Below are positions 55,164 to 64,000 of a DNA stretch of 64,000 nt, one piece after another. The notes below the pieces were generated by a model. It did no database searches. It was not told the DNA's origin and saw only the letters and a program-made list of their open reading frames with translations. Each line of letters starts with the position of its first letter. The first letter of the stretch is position 1. Source of the DNA: Alphaproteobacteria bacterium (GTDB lineage: Bacteria; Pseudomonadota; Alphaproteobacteria; Rickettsiales; SXRF01); NCBI GenBank assembly GCA_020049775.1, contig JAGVLO010000014.1:65945-129944 (forward strand), read 5' to 3'. The position numbers were made by a program, and so were the translations under genes.

Positions 55164-56266
55164 CACACGCAGCACATCTCTCACCCATTGAAGATATTAT
55201 CGAAGAAGCGCGCAGCGGCCGCATGTTCATACTGGTTGATGACGAGGATCGCGAAAACGAAGGCGACCTTGTTATCCCTGCGCAATTTGCCACGCCGGAA
55301 GCCATCAATTTCATGGCCAAGCATGGCCGCGGCCTCATCTGCCTGTCGCTATCACGCGAACGCATAGAAAAACTTGGCCTGAACCTCATGTCACGCGAGA
55401 ATAATTCCCGCCACCAGACTGCCTTTACCGTTTCCATCGAGGCCCGCGAAGGCGTGACCACCGGCATCTCCGCCGCTGACCGCGCGCACACCATTCAGGT
55501 CGCCATCGACCCCTCGCGCGCAGCACACGACATTGCCTCGCCGGGCCATGTCTTCCCGCTGGTAGCAAAAGACGGCGGTGTACTGGTACGTGCCGGACAT
55601 ACCGAAGCAGCAGTGGATATTTCAAAACTCGCAGGCCTCAACCCATCGGGCGTTATCTGCGAAATTATGAATGACGACGGCACTATGGCGCGCCTGCCGG
55701 ATTTGATTGAGTTTGCTAAAACACACAACCTCAAAATCGCCACCATTGCTGACCTGATTTCCTACCGCCGCCGCTCGGAAAAGCTGGTGACGCGTGTTAT
55801 CGAAAATGATTTTGAAAGCCGTTTTGGCGGTAAATTCCGAATGATTGTTTACACCGCCACCCACGAATATGCCGAGCATATCGCACTGGTCAAAGGCACA
55901 CTGAACCCGTTGGAACCCGTGCATGTGCGTATGCATTCGCTGAACCTTTTGCAAGACATGCTGGGTGACGCCAATGTTGGCAGCAGCGCATTGCAGGCCG
56001 CCATGCAGCAGATCGACAAACACGGCAGCGGTGTGATAGTGCTGATACGCGAGCCTATACGCACCTCTGTCTCTGACCGCCTGCGCCTGATGCTTGGAAA
56101 ACAGCCTATTGCCGCCATGGATTTAAGGGATTATGGCATTGGAGCGCAGATACTGCTCGACCTGGGCGTGCGTGACATGATATTGCTGTCTAATTCCAAG
56201 CGCACGATTATTGGTCTGGACGGTTACGGGCTTACGATTAAGGGTTATCAACCGATTGGAATGTAA
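55160..56266 (+). CDS. ribBA: 3,4-dihydroxy-2-butanone-4-phosphate synthase fused to a GTP cyclohydrolase II-like domain
   Basis: VDDEDRENEGDLVIPAQ, SIEAREGVTTGISAADRA and RAGHTEAAVDI. The C-terminal domain runs to 368 aa. Confidence 0.9.
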   Translation: MTHAAHLSPIEDIIEEARSGRMFILVDDEDRENEGDLVIPAQFATPEAINFMAKHGRGLICLSLSRERIEKLGLNLMSRENNSRHQTAFTVSIEAREGVTTGISAADRAHTIQVAIDPSRAAHDIASPGHVFPLVAKDGGVLVRAGHTEAAVDISKLAGLNPSGVICEIMNDDGTMARLPDLIEFAKTHNLKIATIADLISYRRRSEKLVTRVIENDFESRFGGKFRMIVYTATHEYAEHIALVKGTLNPLEPVHVRMHSLNLLQDMLGDANVGSSALQAAMQQIDKHGSGVIVLIREPIRTSVSDRLRLMLGKQPIAAMDLRDYGIGAQILLDLGVRDMILLSNSKRTIIGLDGYGLTIKGYQPIGM

Positions 56267-56268
56267 CT

Positions 56269-56706
56269 ATGACGCATGTACTTATTGTTTCTTCTACGTT
56301 TTATGAAGATATTGCAGAAGACCTGCTGCATGGGGCCACCGCGCACCTGACCAGCGCAGGCGTTACTTACGAGGTTATCGGCGTACCCGGCGCGCTCGAG
56401 ATACCGGCAGTCATACGCTTTGCCATTGCCACCGGCAAGTACGACGGCTATGTCGCGCTTGGCTGCGTTATCCGTGGTGAAACCTCGCATTACGACATTG
56501 TCTGCCGCGAAAGCGCCCGCGGGCTAATGATACTTTCCATGCAGCTGAGCGCCGCCATCGGCAATGGCATACTGACTGTAGATACTGCAGGCCAGGCGCA
56601 AGTACGCGCCGACAGCTATCAGGGAGACAAAGGTGGCCATGCCGCCGCCGCCTGCCTGCAGCTGATAGATATTAAGCGCAAACTCAGTGAAACCAAACCT
56701 GCCTAG
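56269..56706 (+). CDS. ribH: 6,7-dimethyl-8-ribityllumazine synthase
   Basis: VPGALEIPAV...ALGCVIRGETSHYDIV...GNGILTVDT. Confidence 0.9.
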   Translation: MTHVLIVSSTFYEDIAEDLLHGATAHLTSAGVTYEVIGVPGALEIPAVIRFAIATGKYDGYVALGCVIRGETSHYDIVCRESARGLMILSMQLSAAIGNGILTVDTAGQAQVRADSYQGDKGGHAAAACLQLIDIKRKLSETKPA

Positions 56707-57202
56707 GGACGACATGGACGAGCAACCTGCAAAACCAAGGCCAAACACATCGCTCCAGAGAAGGACCGCGGCGCGCATCGCTGCGATTCAGTGCATATAT
56801 ACCCGCTCTTTCCACGACATCAAACTAGTACCCGCGAAGCAGGTGGAAATCCTGAAAGAACGCTTGCAAAACAACAAGCAGGAACAGGAGCTGGTGGTGG
56901 GCATGCGCCTCGAGCCTAATTACAAATTTGTAGAAAATCTGCTCGACGGCGTTGAAAGTGAAATCGACGAAATCAACCACCGTATCGACAGTGTACTTAG
57001 CGTACAGTGGAAGCGCGAGCGCATGAGCCCCGTTCTGGTAGCTATATTACAGTGCGCTGTCTATGAGCTTTTCTTCGGTATTCTTACCAAACCGAAAATT
57101 ATCATCGATGAATATGTAAAGATCACGCGCGGCTTCTTCAGTGACGCAGAGGTAGATTTTGTATATGGCCTGCTGAGCAGCCTTGTGCAGCGGTATGAAT
57201 AA
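56687..57202 (+). CDS. nusB: Transcription antitermination factor NusB
   Basis: RTAARIAAIQCIYT...ILQCAVYELFF...PKIIIDEYVKITRGF...FVYGLL. It follows ribH as is usual. The start may be the internal MDEQ (about 56714). Confidence 0.85.
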   Translation: MKPNLPRDDMDEQPAKPRPNTSLQRRTAARIAAIQCIYTRSFHDIKLVPAKQVEILKERLQNNKQEQELVVGMRLEPNYKFVENLLDGVESEIDEINHRIDSVLSVQWKRERMSPVLVAILQCAVYELFFGILTKPKIIIDEYVKITRGFFSDAEVDFVYGLLSSLVQRYE

Positions 57203-57208
57203 TCCGGC

Positions 57209-58183
57209 ATGGATGAATTTTCCCTGATTCATCAGTATCTGCGCCCTTTAAGTAAGGGCTTCGAAGGTGCGCTTGACTTAAGCGACGATGCGGCAATCAT
57301 ACCCAGTAAATCCGGCAGCGATATAATCATCACCAAGGACGCGCTAAGCCAGGGCGTCCATTTCATAGGCACTGAATCACCGCAGCATATTGCGCAAAAG
57401 GCATTGCGCGTCAATTTGTCAGATCTGGCGGCCATGGGCGCAGAACCTGTGGCCTATTTTCTGGCGCTGATGCTGCCAAAAAACATGCCTCCTGAATGGG
57501 TCGGCGATTTTGCAAAGGGGCTGGCAGATGACCAGTCGCTTTTTTCCATCCATCTCGCAGGCGGCGACACCATATCCACGCAAGGCCCGCTTTCTTTTTC
57601 CATTACCGCCGCAGGTTATGTGCCTTCGGGCTATGCACTGCGCCGCAACCGCGCCAGAGCAGGCGATATCATTTACATGTCCGGCACGCTGGGCGACAGC
57701 GCGCTGGGGCTTAAACTGCTGCAAAAATCCTTGCCAAATACACCATCAGAGAAAAACCGCACATTTCTAGAAAAACGTTACCTGCTGCCGGAACCGCGCG
57801 TAGCACTTGGCCGCGCGCTGATAGGCATCGCCGACGCCGCCATGGATATTTCCGACGGGCTGGTGCAGGACCTCGGCCATATCTGCAAAGCCTCGAATGT
57901 GTCTGCAACCATTGAACAAGCAAAAATACCGCTTAGCCCAGCTGCTGCAGAACTGGTGGAAAATGATGAGGCGTTGTGGGAAACCGTCCTTGCTGGCGGT
58001 GATGATTACGAGCTGCTCTTTACAGCGCCCGCCGACAAAAAATTCGCTATCGCGGCACTGGCTGCCGAGCTGCACCTTCCCATTACCGCCATCGGCAGTG
58101 TAGGCGAAGGCAACGGCGTCACTGTATTGGACGAAGCGGGCGACCCAATAAAGCTGTCAAAGACCGGATTTAAGCATTTCTAG
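57209..58183 (+). CDS. thiL: Thiamine-monophosphate kinase
   Basis: MDEFSLIHQYL...DDAAII...TKDALSQGVHF...NLSDLAAMGAEP...GGDT...AGGDDYELLFT. Confidence 0.9.
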   Translation: MDEFSLIHQYLRPLSKGFEGALDLSDDAAIIPSKSGSDIIITKDALSQGVHFIGTESPQHIAQKALRVNLSDLAAMGAEPVAYFLALMLPKNMPPEWVGDFAKGLADDQSLFSIHLAGGDTISTQGPLSFSITAAGYVPSGYALRRNRARAGDIIYMSGTLGDSALGLKLLQKSLPNTPSEKNRTFLEKRYLLPEPRVALGRALIGIADAAMDISDGLVQDLGHICKASNVSATIEQAKIPLSPAAAELVENDEALWETVLAGGDDYELLFTAPADKKFAIAALAAELHLPITAIGSVGEGNGVTVLDEAGDPIKLSKTGFKHF

Positions 58184-58686
58184 CGGTAATGCTCGATATA
58201 ATGCAGCTTGTATGGTGACAGACGCGTATCCTGCAACACGGCATCATCAATATTAATGGCCGCCATACCAATGACTTCAGCACCACAGCGTTCAGCCAAT
58301 GCAATTGCCCCGCGAAGCTGACCGCCTGTTTCGCTCCAGTCATCCACCACCAGCACCTTGTCATTTGAATCCAGCACACCTTCAGCAATTTCCAGTGTTT
58401 TTGCGGTGCGCGTATAATCCACCACTTCAACCGAATACGTCTGCCATGCAATTTTTCCTGCTTTGCGCACAAATACCAGACCCGCGCTCAGTGCTTGCGC
58501 CACCAGCGCACCAAGGGCAAAACCCTGCGCATCAAGCGCCATGACTTTGGTGATTCCAACATCCGTAAACGGCGCAGCCATATCGGCAACCGCTTCTCTA
58601 AGTATAACAGGATCGCTGTATAGCAGGGTAAGGTCACATCGCCCCTTGCCTGTATTATCGCGTATGCAGGCGCGGTACTTTCCCAT
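58180..58686 (-). CDS. Type I phosphoribosyltransferase family protein (adenine-PRT-like)
   Basis: PRPP-binding motif KVLVVDDWSETGGQL. Length is 168 aa. Confidence 0.6.
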   Translation of the reverse strand: MGKYRACIRDNTGKGRCDLTLLYSDPVILREAVADMAAPFTDVGITKVMALDAQGFALGALVAQALSAGLVFVRKAGKIAWQTYSVEVVDYTRTAKTLEIAEGVLDSNDKVLVVDDWSETGGQLRGAIALAERCGAEVIGMAAINIDDAVLQDTRLSPYKLHYIEHYR

Positions 58687-60248
58687 CAGGCGGCCTCAAA
58701 CATGCGCCCCAGTTGCAGCTGGCGGTATGACAGTGCCTCGCCGACATGCTGCTGCGTAACCGCCTCGCTTTGCGCGAGGTCGGCAATCGTGCGCGCAACG
58801 CGCAACACGCGTGTGTAGCCGCGCATGGAGAGTTTCAGTTTTTCGGTGGCCTGTTCCAGCAGCTTTTGGCCCTTCTCATCAGGCTTCACCAGATCATGCA
58901 GGCGTTCCCCTGACAGCTCGGCATTAATGCGGTCTTTCATGCCCAAAGCTGCAAATCGCGCTTTCTGGCGGGTACGCGCCGCCGCCACGCGGGCGGCAAT
59001 GTCACTGCTTGCCTCGCCGGATGACTGGCTGAGCATATCGAGCGTGGCCACTTCCGGCACCTCAATTGCCATATCAAAGCGATCAAATAGCGGGCCGGAA
59101 ATTTTAGACTGGTAGTCCACGGCGCAGCGCGGCGCTTTGTTGCAAGCACGGCCAGCATCATCAAGGTAACCGCAGCGGCACGGGTTCATGGCCGCCACCA
59201 GCTGGAAACGCGCCGGATAAGTAACATGCGCCTGCGCGCGCGCCACACTGATGCGCCCTGTTTCCAGCGGCTGGCGCAGCGATTCCAGCACCGCGCGCGG
59301 AAATTCCGGCAATTCGTCGAGGAATAATACGCCGTGGTGCGCCAGCGAAATTTCGCCCGGCAAGGCACGCTTGCCGCCGCCAACCATCGCCGCCATCGAG
59401 CTGGAATGGTGCGGTTCACGGAACGGGCGGTTCTGGCTCAGGCGTCCGCCGTCCAGCTTTCCGGCAATGCTTGCCACCATGCTCGCTTCCAGGATCTCAG
59501 ACGCATCCAGCGGTGGCAATATGCCGGGCAGGCAGGATGCCAGCATAGACTTACCCGCACCCGGCGGGCCTATCATCAATAAATTATGGCCGCCTGCCGC
59601 CGCCACTTCCAGTGCGCGGCGCGCCACATGCTGGCCGCGTATTTCGCGCATGTCGGTATAACGTGCCATTGAGGGCTGCGTATCGCATGCAGGCTGTGAT
59701 AATAGCTGCGTACCCTTGAAATGGTTGATAAGCGCAAGCAGGGACGACGGCGCAAGAATATCCTGCAAGCCTGACCATGCCGCCTCGCCGCCTGAAGCCT
59801 GCGGGCATATCAGCCCCTTATCTTCCGAAGACGCATGCAGCGCCGCCGGAAGCACACCCGCCACCGGAAGCAAGCCGCCATCGAGCGAAAGCTCGCCCAG
59901 CGCAACATATTGATTGATGTCTTCCTGCGGAATAACACTCATGGCTATCAGCATGCCAATGGCAATCGGCAAATCGAAATGGCTGCCTTCCTTGAGAATA
60001 TCGGCGGGCGCGAGATTGACTACAATGCGCTTCACCGGCATCGACAGGCCCAGCGCATGCATTGCCGCGCGCACGCGCTCTTTCGACTCGCCCACCGCTT
60101 TATCAGGCAGGCCCACTATCGTGAACGACGGCAGGCCGGACACCATCTGTACCTGCACATCAATCGGCATCGCCTCGATGCCTTCAAACGCTACCGTTGC
60201 CACATGTGCGGTCATACTGTCACTCCTGCCTGTGCAAGCAGCTGGCAT
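58686..60248 (-). CDS. YifB/ComM family Mg-chelatase-like AAA+ ATPase
   Basis: Lon-like N-domain (VGLPDKAVGESKERV), Walker A MIGPPGAGKSMLA, GVLFLDELPEF and a C-terminal ChlI-like region. The probable start is MTAHVATV (about 60215). Confidence 0.9.
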   Translation of the reverse strand: MPAACTGRSDSMTAHVATVAFEGIEAMPIDVQVQMVSGLPSFTIVGLPDKAVGESKERVRAAMHALGLSMPVKRIVVNLAPADILKEGSHFDLPIAIGMLIAMSVIPQEDINQYVALGELSLDGGLLPVAGVLPAALHASSEDKGLICPQASGGEAAWSGLQDILAPSSLLALINHFKGTQLLSQPACDTQPSMARYTDMREIRGQHVARRALEVAAAGGHNLLMIGPPGAGKSMLASCLPGILPPLDASEILEASMVASIAGKLDGGRLSQNRPFREPHHSSSMAAMVGGGKRALPGEISLAHHGVLFLDELPEFPRAVLESLRQPLETGRISVARAQAHVTYPARFQLVAAMNPCRCGYLDDAGRACNKAPRCAVDYQSKISGPLFDRFDMAIEVPEVATLDMLSQSSGEASSDIAARVAAARTRQKARFAALGMKDRINAELSGERLHDLVKPDEKGQKLLEQATEKLKLSMRGYTRVLRVARTIADLAQSEAVTQQHVGEALSYRQLQLGRMFEAA

Positions 60249-60787
60249 GTCTCGGTGAGCGGCAAGCCAACCACGTTGGAAAACGACCCGTTAATCCACG
60301 GAATAAAAGCACCGCTGCTGCCCTGAATAGAACAAGCGCCTGCCTTGCCCTTCCAGTCGCCGGTGGCAATGTAGTTTTTTATCTGCTTGTCGCTTAAGCG
60401 ATCAAACCGCACCACTGTGCCCACCAGCTTCTGGCGGGTTTTGCCATTATGGCTGGTGCATATCGATGTATAAACGCGGTGGCAGCGGCCAGAGAGCATC
60501 GAAAGATATTCATAGGCCTGCGCTTCCGTATCGGCCTTGCCGATAATACGCCTGCCGAGTGCAACCGTGGTGTCGGCGGCCAGCACCACACTGTCCGGAT
60601 GCTTTGCCGCTATGGCTGTTGCCTTTTCGCGGGCTACGCGCTGTACATAAATGATGGGTGTTTCGTTTTTATGTGGAGTCTCATCGACATCGGCAGGGAT
60701 AATCTCATCAGGCGTAATGCCAACCTGTGCAAGCAGCTCAACGCGGCGGGGTGATGCGGATGCAAGGATAAAACGCGGGCGGGTCAT
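60212..60787 (-). CDS. maf: Maf-like nucleoside-triphosphate pyrophosphatase
   Basis: ILASASPRRVELLAQVGI..., LAADTTV, GKAGACSIQG and VVGLPL. Confidence 0.9.
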   Translation of the reverse strand: MTRPRFILASASPRRVELLAQVGITPDEIIPADVDETPHKNETPIIYVQRVAREKATAIAAKHPDSVVLAADTTVALGRRIIGKADTEAQAYEYLSMLSGRCHRVYTSICTSHNGKTRQKLVGTVVRFDRLSDKQIKNYIATGDWKGKAGACSIQGSSGAFIPWINGSFSNVVGLPLTETCQLLAQAGVTV

Positions 60788-60803
60788 TATAGCCCTTCCC
60801 CGA

Positions 60804-61022
60804 TTACTTTTCGCGGAATTTAATGCGCCCCTTGGTCAGGTCATACGGCGTCATTTCTACAATAACCTTATCTGCCACCAGTACACGGATGCGGTTCTTG
60901 CGCATACGGCCGGACGTGTGGGCAATTACTATATGGCCGTTTTCCAACTTCACACGGAAGGTGGCATTGGGCAGCAGTTCGGTGACCACACCGGGAAATT
61001 CGAGAAGTTCTTCTTTTGCCAT
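60804..61022 (-). CDS. infA: Translation initiation factor IF-1
   Basis: [67 protein letters not shown]. Confidence 0.97.
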   Translation of the reverse strand: MAKEELLEFPGVVTELLPNATFRVKLENGHIVIAHTSGRMRKNRIRVLVADKVIVEMTPYDLTKGRIKFREK

Positions 61023-61065
61023 AGGCTTTGTTTAATCCTTAATATTTATTTATAGACGGGTTATA

Positions 61066-61533
61066 TCACTTAATATGCAAAACGCAAATAAGAGTAAACA
61101 AGCGCCTTGCGGTCGCAAAATCCACTCTTATTTTGTCTTTCAGCAGGCCTTCGAGCAGCTCTGAGCCTTCGTTATGTACCCCGCGCCTGCCCATATCGAT
61201 GGCCTCGATTTTGCCGGTGCTGGCAGCCTTGAGGGCCTCGTAATAGCTTTCGCAGATAAGGAAATAGTCGCGGATTATGCTTCGCAGCGGCTGTACCGAC
61301 AGCGAAACCTTAGTTTTCTTCTCGCCTTCCATGGGGCGTATGTCAAAGACCAGCCGCCCTTCCTCGATGCGCAGCAGCACATCATAAGGCCCGCTGCCAA
61401 GCCCCACGGGTTCAAACGTATTTTCGTGCATCAGGTCGGTGATGGCCACCATGCGTTCATGCTCCGCCTCTACGGAGCGGTGTTTGATGCCGCCGTCATC
61501 AAGTGCAATGCGTGAAATGCGTTCGCCGCTCAT
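61066..61533 (-). CDS. UPF0262 family protein (alphaproteobacterial conserved)
   Basis: 155 aa. ...EHERMVAITDLMHENTF...YDVLLRIEEGRLVFDIR...PLRSIIRDYFLICESYY...IEAIDMGRRGVHNEG is as I recall this family. It sits between infA and hisD, as in many Alphaproteobacteria. Confidence 0.75.
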   Translation of the reverse strand: MSGERISRIALDDGGIKHRSVEAEHERMVAITDLMHENTFEPVGLGSGPYDVLLRIEEGRLVFDIRPMEGEKKTKVSLSVQPLRSIIRDYFLICESYYEALKAASTGKIEAIDMGRRGVHNEGSELLEGLLKDKIRVDFATARRLFTLICVLHIK

Positions 61534-62897
61534 GGTTTGCGCCTCGTGGTAACAGACAGGCTGTGTGCCTCCAGCCCTTCGGTATAAGCCAGTACCTCGA
61601 CATAATCCGTGAGCTTCTCAAGCGCCTCGGGGCTGCAACCGATAATGGATGTGCGCTTCATGAAATCGAACACCGAAAGGCCAGACGAAAAGCGCGCCGT
61701 GCCCGAGGTGGGCAGCACATGCGACGGGCCAGCGATATAGTCACCGATGGCTTCGGGCGTATGACGGCCAAGGAAAATAGCGCCAGCATGGCGCAGGTTT
61801 GGCAAAAACAGTTCCGGATCGTCCACCGCCAATTCAAGATGCTCCGGCGCAATGGCATTGGAAATCTCGCAGGCATCTTCCCAGTTACCCACAAGTATAA
61901 TCGCGCCATATTTATCCCATGATGCCTTGGCAATGTCTTTGCGTGTGAGCGTGGCTAATAGCTTTTGCACTTCCTGTTCAACGGCAGCCGCGAAGGCCTT
62001 GTCCTGTGTAATCAGAATGGACTGCGCCTGCGTGTCATGTTCGGCCTGCGAGAGCAGGTCAGCGGCTATCCATGCCGGATTATTATTGCGGTCGGCAATC
62101 ACAAGAATTTCCGACGGTCCGGCAATTATGTCAATGCCGACCTTGCCGAAAACCTGCCGCTTGGCTTCCGCCACATACGCATTACCAGGGCCGACGATTT
62201 TATCCACCGGTGCTATCGTATTCGTGCCGTAGGCAAGCGCGGCCACTGCCTGCGCGCCGCCGATTTTATAAATTTCCTCAATGCCTGCCACATGCGCCGC
62301 ACCGAGCAGTGCCGGATTGAGCTGGCCTTCCGGCGCAGGCACTACCATCACTAAGCGCTGCACGCCCGCCACCTTCGCTGGAATAGCATTCATTAGCACC
62401 GAGCTGGGATAAGCGGCCAAGCCGCCGGGCACATATAACCCCACTGAGTCTAGCGGCGTCCAGCGGTGACCAAGGCGCACGCCCAGCTCATCCGTGTAAT
62501 CAAGATCAGGCGGCAACTGGCGCTGGCTGTATTCCTGTATTCGTTTGCTGGCAACCTTGAGCGATGTCATCAGCTCCGGCTGGCACAGGCTGAGTGCATT
62601 CGCCATCTCCTGCGGCGTAACGCGGATATTTTCCAGCGTTGCCTCATAGCGGTCGAACTGCTTTGTATATTCCAGTAACGCTTCATCACCCCTTGTGCGC
62701 ACGGCGCTTATGATGCCGCGCACCGTATCGCCCACCTGTGCCGCCTGCTCGTCGCGCATGGCAAGGAAACGCGTAAAAGCCGCAGCGAAATCGGGCTGGT
62801 CTATGGAGAGTTTAACGGGCATCAACCGCCCCGCGGAATTTATCGATAAGCGCGCTGATTTCCGTGCTACGTGTTTTGAAAGCAGCGCGGTTGACAA
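61530..62897 (-). CDS. hisD: Histidinol dehydrogenase
   Basis: [48 protein letters not shown] and [13 protein letters not shown]. The track ORF overlaps hisG. The real start is probably MPVKLS at 62822. Confidence 0.93.
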   Translation of the reverse strand: MSTALLSKHVARKSARLSINSAGRLMPVKLSIDQPDFAAAFTRFLAMRDEQAAQVGDTVRGIISAVRTRGDEALLEYTKQFDRYEATLENIRVTPQEMANALSLCQPELMTSLKVASKRIQEYSQRQLPPDLDYTDELGVRLGHRWTPLDSVGLYVPGGLAAYPSSVLMNAIPAKVAGVQRLVMVVPAPEGQLNPALLGAAHVAGIEEIYKIGGAQAVAALAYGTNTIAPVDKIVGPGNAYVAEAKRQVFGKVGIDIIAGPSEILVIADRNNNPAWIAADLLSQAEHDTQAQSILITQDKAFAAAVEQEVQKLLATLTRKDIAKASWDKYGAIILVGNWEDACEISNAIAPEHLELAVDDPELFLPNLRHAGAIFLGRHTPEAIGDYIAGPSHVLPTSGTARFSSGLSVFDFMKRTSIIGCSPEALEKLTDYVEVLAYTEGLEAHSLSVTTRRKP

Positions 62898-63474
62898 TCA
62901 GGCGTGAAGAAATATCGGCAATCACCTGTGTTTCATGCAAGCCATTGGCTCTAAGCGTACGCCCTGAACTTACAAGGTCCACAATGCGGCGCGCCAAACC
63001 AAGTTTGGGGGCAAGCTCCATAGCGCCGCCGAGCTTGATACATTCGGCCTGAATACCGCGATCGGCAAAATAACGGCGGGTGGTGTTGGGATATTTGGTG
63101 GCCACGCGCACATGGCTTACGCGCATCAAATCTTCCTGCGGTTGCATATCATCCGGCTCGGCGAGGCTTAGGCGGCAATGGCCTATTTTGAGATCCAGCG
63201 GCGCATACAGGTCGCTGTAATCAAACTCCATCAACACATCGCTTCCGGCAATGCCCATTTGCGCTGCGCCAAACGCCACGAACGTCGCTACGTCAAAGCT
63301 GCGCACGCGAATCAGACGTATGTCAGAACCCTTGCAGGAAAATTGCAATTGCCGCTCTGCGTCATCAAAAAAAGCTTGCTCGGGAGTAATGCCCACCTGT
63401 TTAAACAGTGGAACTAGTTCCTCAAGAATGCGCCCCTTGGGAACTGCAATCACCAACCCTTCCGTTGACGACAT
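62812..63474 (-). CDS. hisG: ATP phosphoribosyltransferase (short form)
   Basis: [13 protein letters not shown]..., [24 protein letters not shown] and [14 protein letters not shown]. Confidence 0.9.
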   Translation of the reverse strand: MSSTEGLVIAVPKGRILEELVPLFKQVGITPEQAFFDDAERQLQFSCKGSDIRLIRVRSFDVATFVAFGAAQMGIAGSDVLMEFDYSDLYAPLDLKIGHCRLSLAEPDDMQPQEDLMRVSHVRVATKYPNTTRRYFADRGIQAECIKLGGAMELAPKLGLARRIVDLVSSGRTLRANGLHETQVIADISSRLIVNRAAFKTRSTEISALIDKFRGAVDAR

Positions 63475-64000
63475 CAGGCCGCCTCGGTTTTGGTGGTCTG
63501 GCGCGAGGACAGGCGCTCAATCTGTGCGCCGCATCCGGCCAGCTTTTCTTCCAGCCGCTCATAACCACGGTCCAGATGATACACGCGGTGGATAACCGTT
63601 TCACCCTTGGCAGCCAATGCCGCAATCACCAGCGACACGGACGCACGCAGGTCGGTGGCCATCACTTCAGCGCCGCGCAGTTCCGGCACGCCGCGAATCA
63701 TGGCAGATGCACCGCCATGTAAAACAATTTTTGCGCCCATGCGCGTCAATTCCGGCACATGCATGTAGCGGTTCTCAAAAATCGTTTCGGTAATCATAGA
63801 CGCACCGTCGGCAAGGCTGAGTAACGCCATCATCTGCGCCTGCATATCGGTGGGGAAGCCCGGGTAAGGCTGGGTGATGATATCGATGCCCTGAATGCGA
63901 TCAGCCACGCGTTTCACGCGCAGGCCGCGCTCGGTTGGCGTGATGCTGATGCCAGCGGCTTCAAATTTCTCAATCACCGCTTCATTGAGGTCGGCACGCG
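63474..64000 (-). CDS. murA: UDP-N-acetylglucosamine 1-carboxyvinyltransferase, C-terminal part (the 5' end lies beyond the right edge)
   Basis: [17 protein letters not shown]...[21 protein letters not shown]...[19 protein letters not shown]...HLDRGYE. The frame stays open to the window edge. Confidence 0.93.
   Translation of the reverse strand, partial: RADLNEAVIEKFEAAGISITPTERGLRVKRVADRIQGIDIITQPYPGFPTDMQAQMMALLSLADGASMITETIFENRYMHVPELTRMGAKIVLHGGASAMIRGVPELRGAEVMATDLRASVSLVIAALAAKGETVIHRVYHLDRGYERLEEKLAGCGAQIERLSSRQTTKTEAA

Noticed and set aside
62812-62897. 86-nt overlap between hisD and hisG suggesting unusual coupling
   Set aside because: This is an artefact of taking the longest ORF. 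An internal ATG at 62822 (MPVKLS...) gives a normal hisD N-terminus with a short gap after hisG.

Overview
This 64-kb chromosomal window is most likely from an alphaproteobacterium. The evidence is gene content and synteny read by eye: mipZ, a UPF0262 gene, murA-hisG-hisD, infA-maf, and glyA-nrdR-ribD-ribE-ribBA-ribH-nusB-thiL. No database search was possible. Every product call rests on motifs I recognised in the supplied translations or in my own hand translation. The right third (45.9-64 kb) is ordinary core genome. The rest is accessory and falls into four parts. (1) 1-8 kb holds a truncated filamentous-haemagglutinin-like TpsA gene, which is missing from the ORF track because it runs off the left edge. 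It is followed by three ORFans, one of them a protein built from about 30 copies of a 10-residue 'NPxxVxxAAx' repeat. (2) 8-11.3 kb holds a LysR-controlled OYE/pirin/DoxX detoxification cluster. (3) 11.5-21.6 kb is a tightly packed six-gene minus-strand operon. It joins a complete nicotinamide-to-NAD salvage route (NAPRT, nicotinamidase, and a NadM-like adenylyltransferase fused to glutamine-dependent NAD synthetase) to a B12-domain radical SAM enzyme, a zeta-toxin/AvrRxo1-like P-loop protein and an 86-aa ORFan. Two non-homologous enzymes in this operon share a 22-residue C-terminal tail containing LQLAGG. (4) 27-45.9 kb starts with a 1246-aa protein in which five XRE-type HTH modules precede a sigma-70 region 2 + region 4 module. 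After it comes a ~14.5-kb integrative island inserted at tRNA-Gln(UUG). The island has a degenerate direct repeat of the tRNA 3' end and TTCACCCAC motif clusters at both ends. It carries a P4-type integrase, AlpA, a second tyrosine recombinase, a translationally coupled type I R-M operon with an embedded PrrC-like ATPase, and a 1039-aa metallophosphoesterase-STAND NTPase. My best candidates for an undescribed system are the phosphoesterase-STAND gene and the NAD/radical-SAM/kinase operon. I saw no CRISPR arrays, rRNA genes or phage structural genes.
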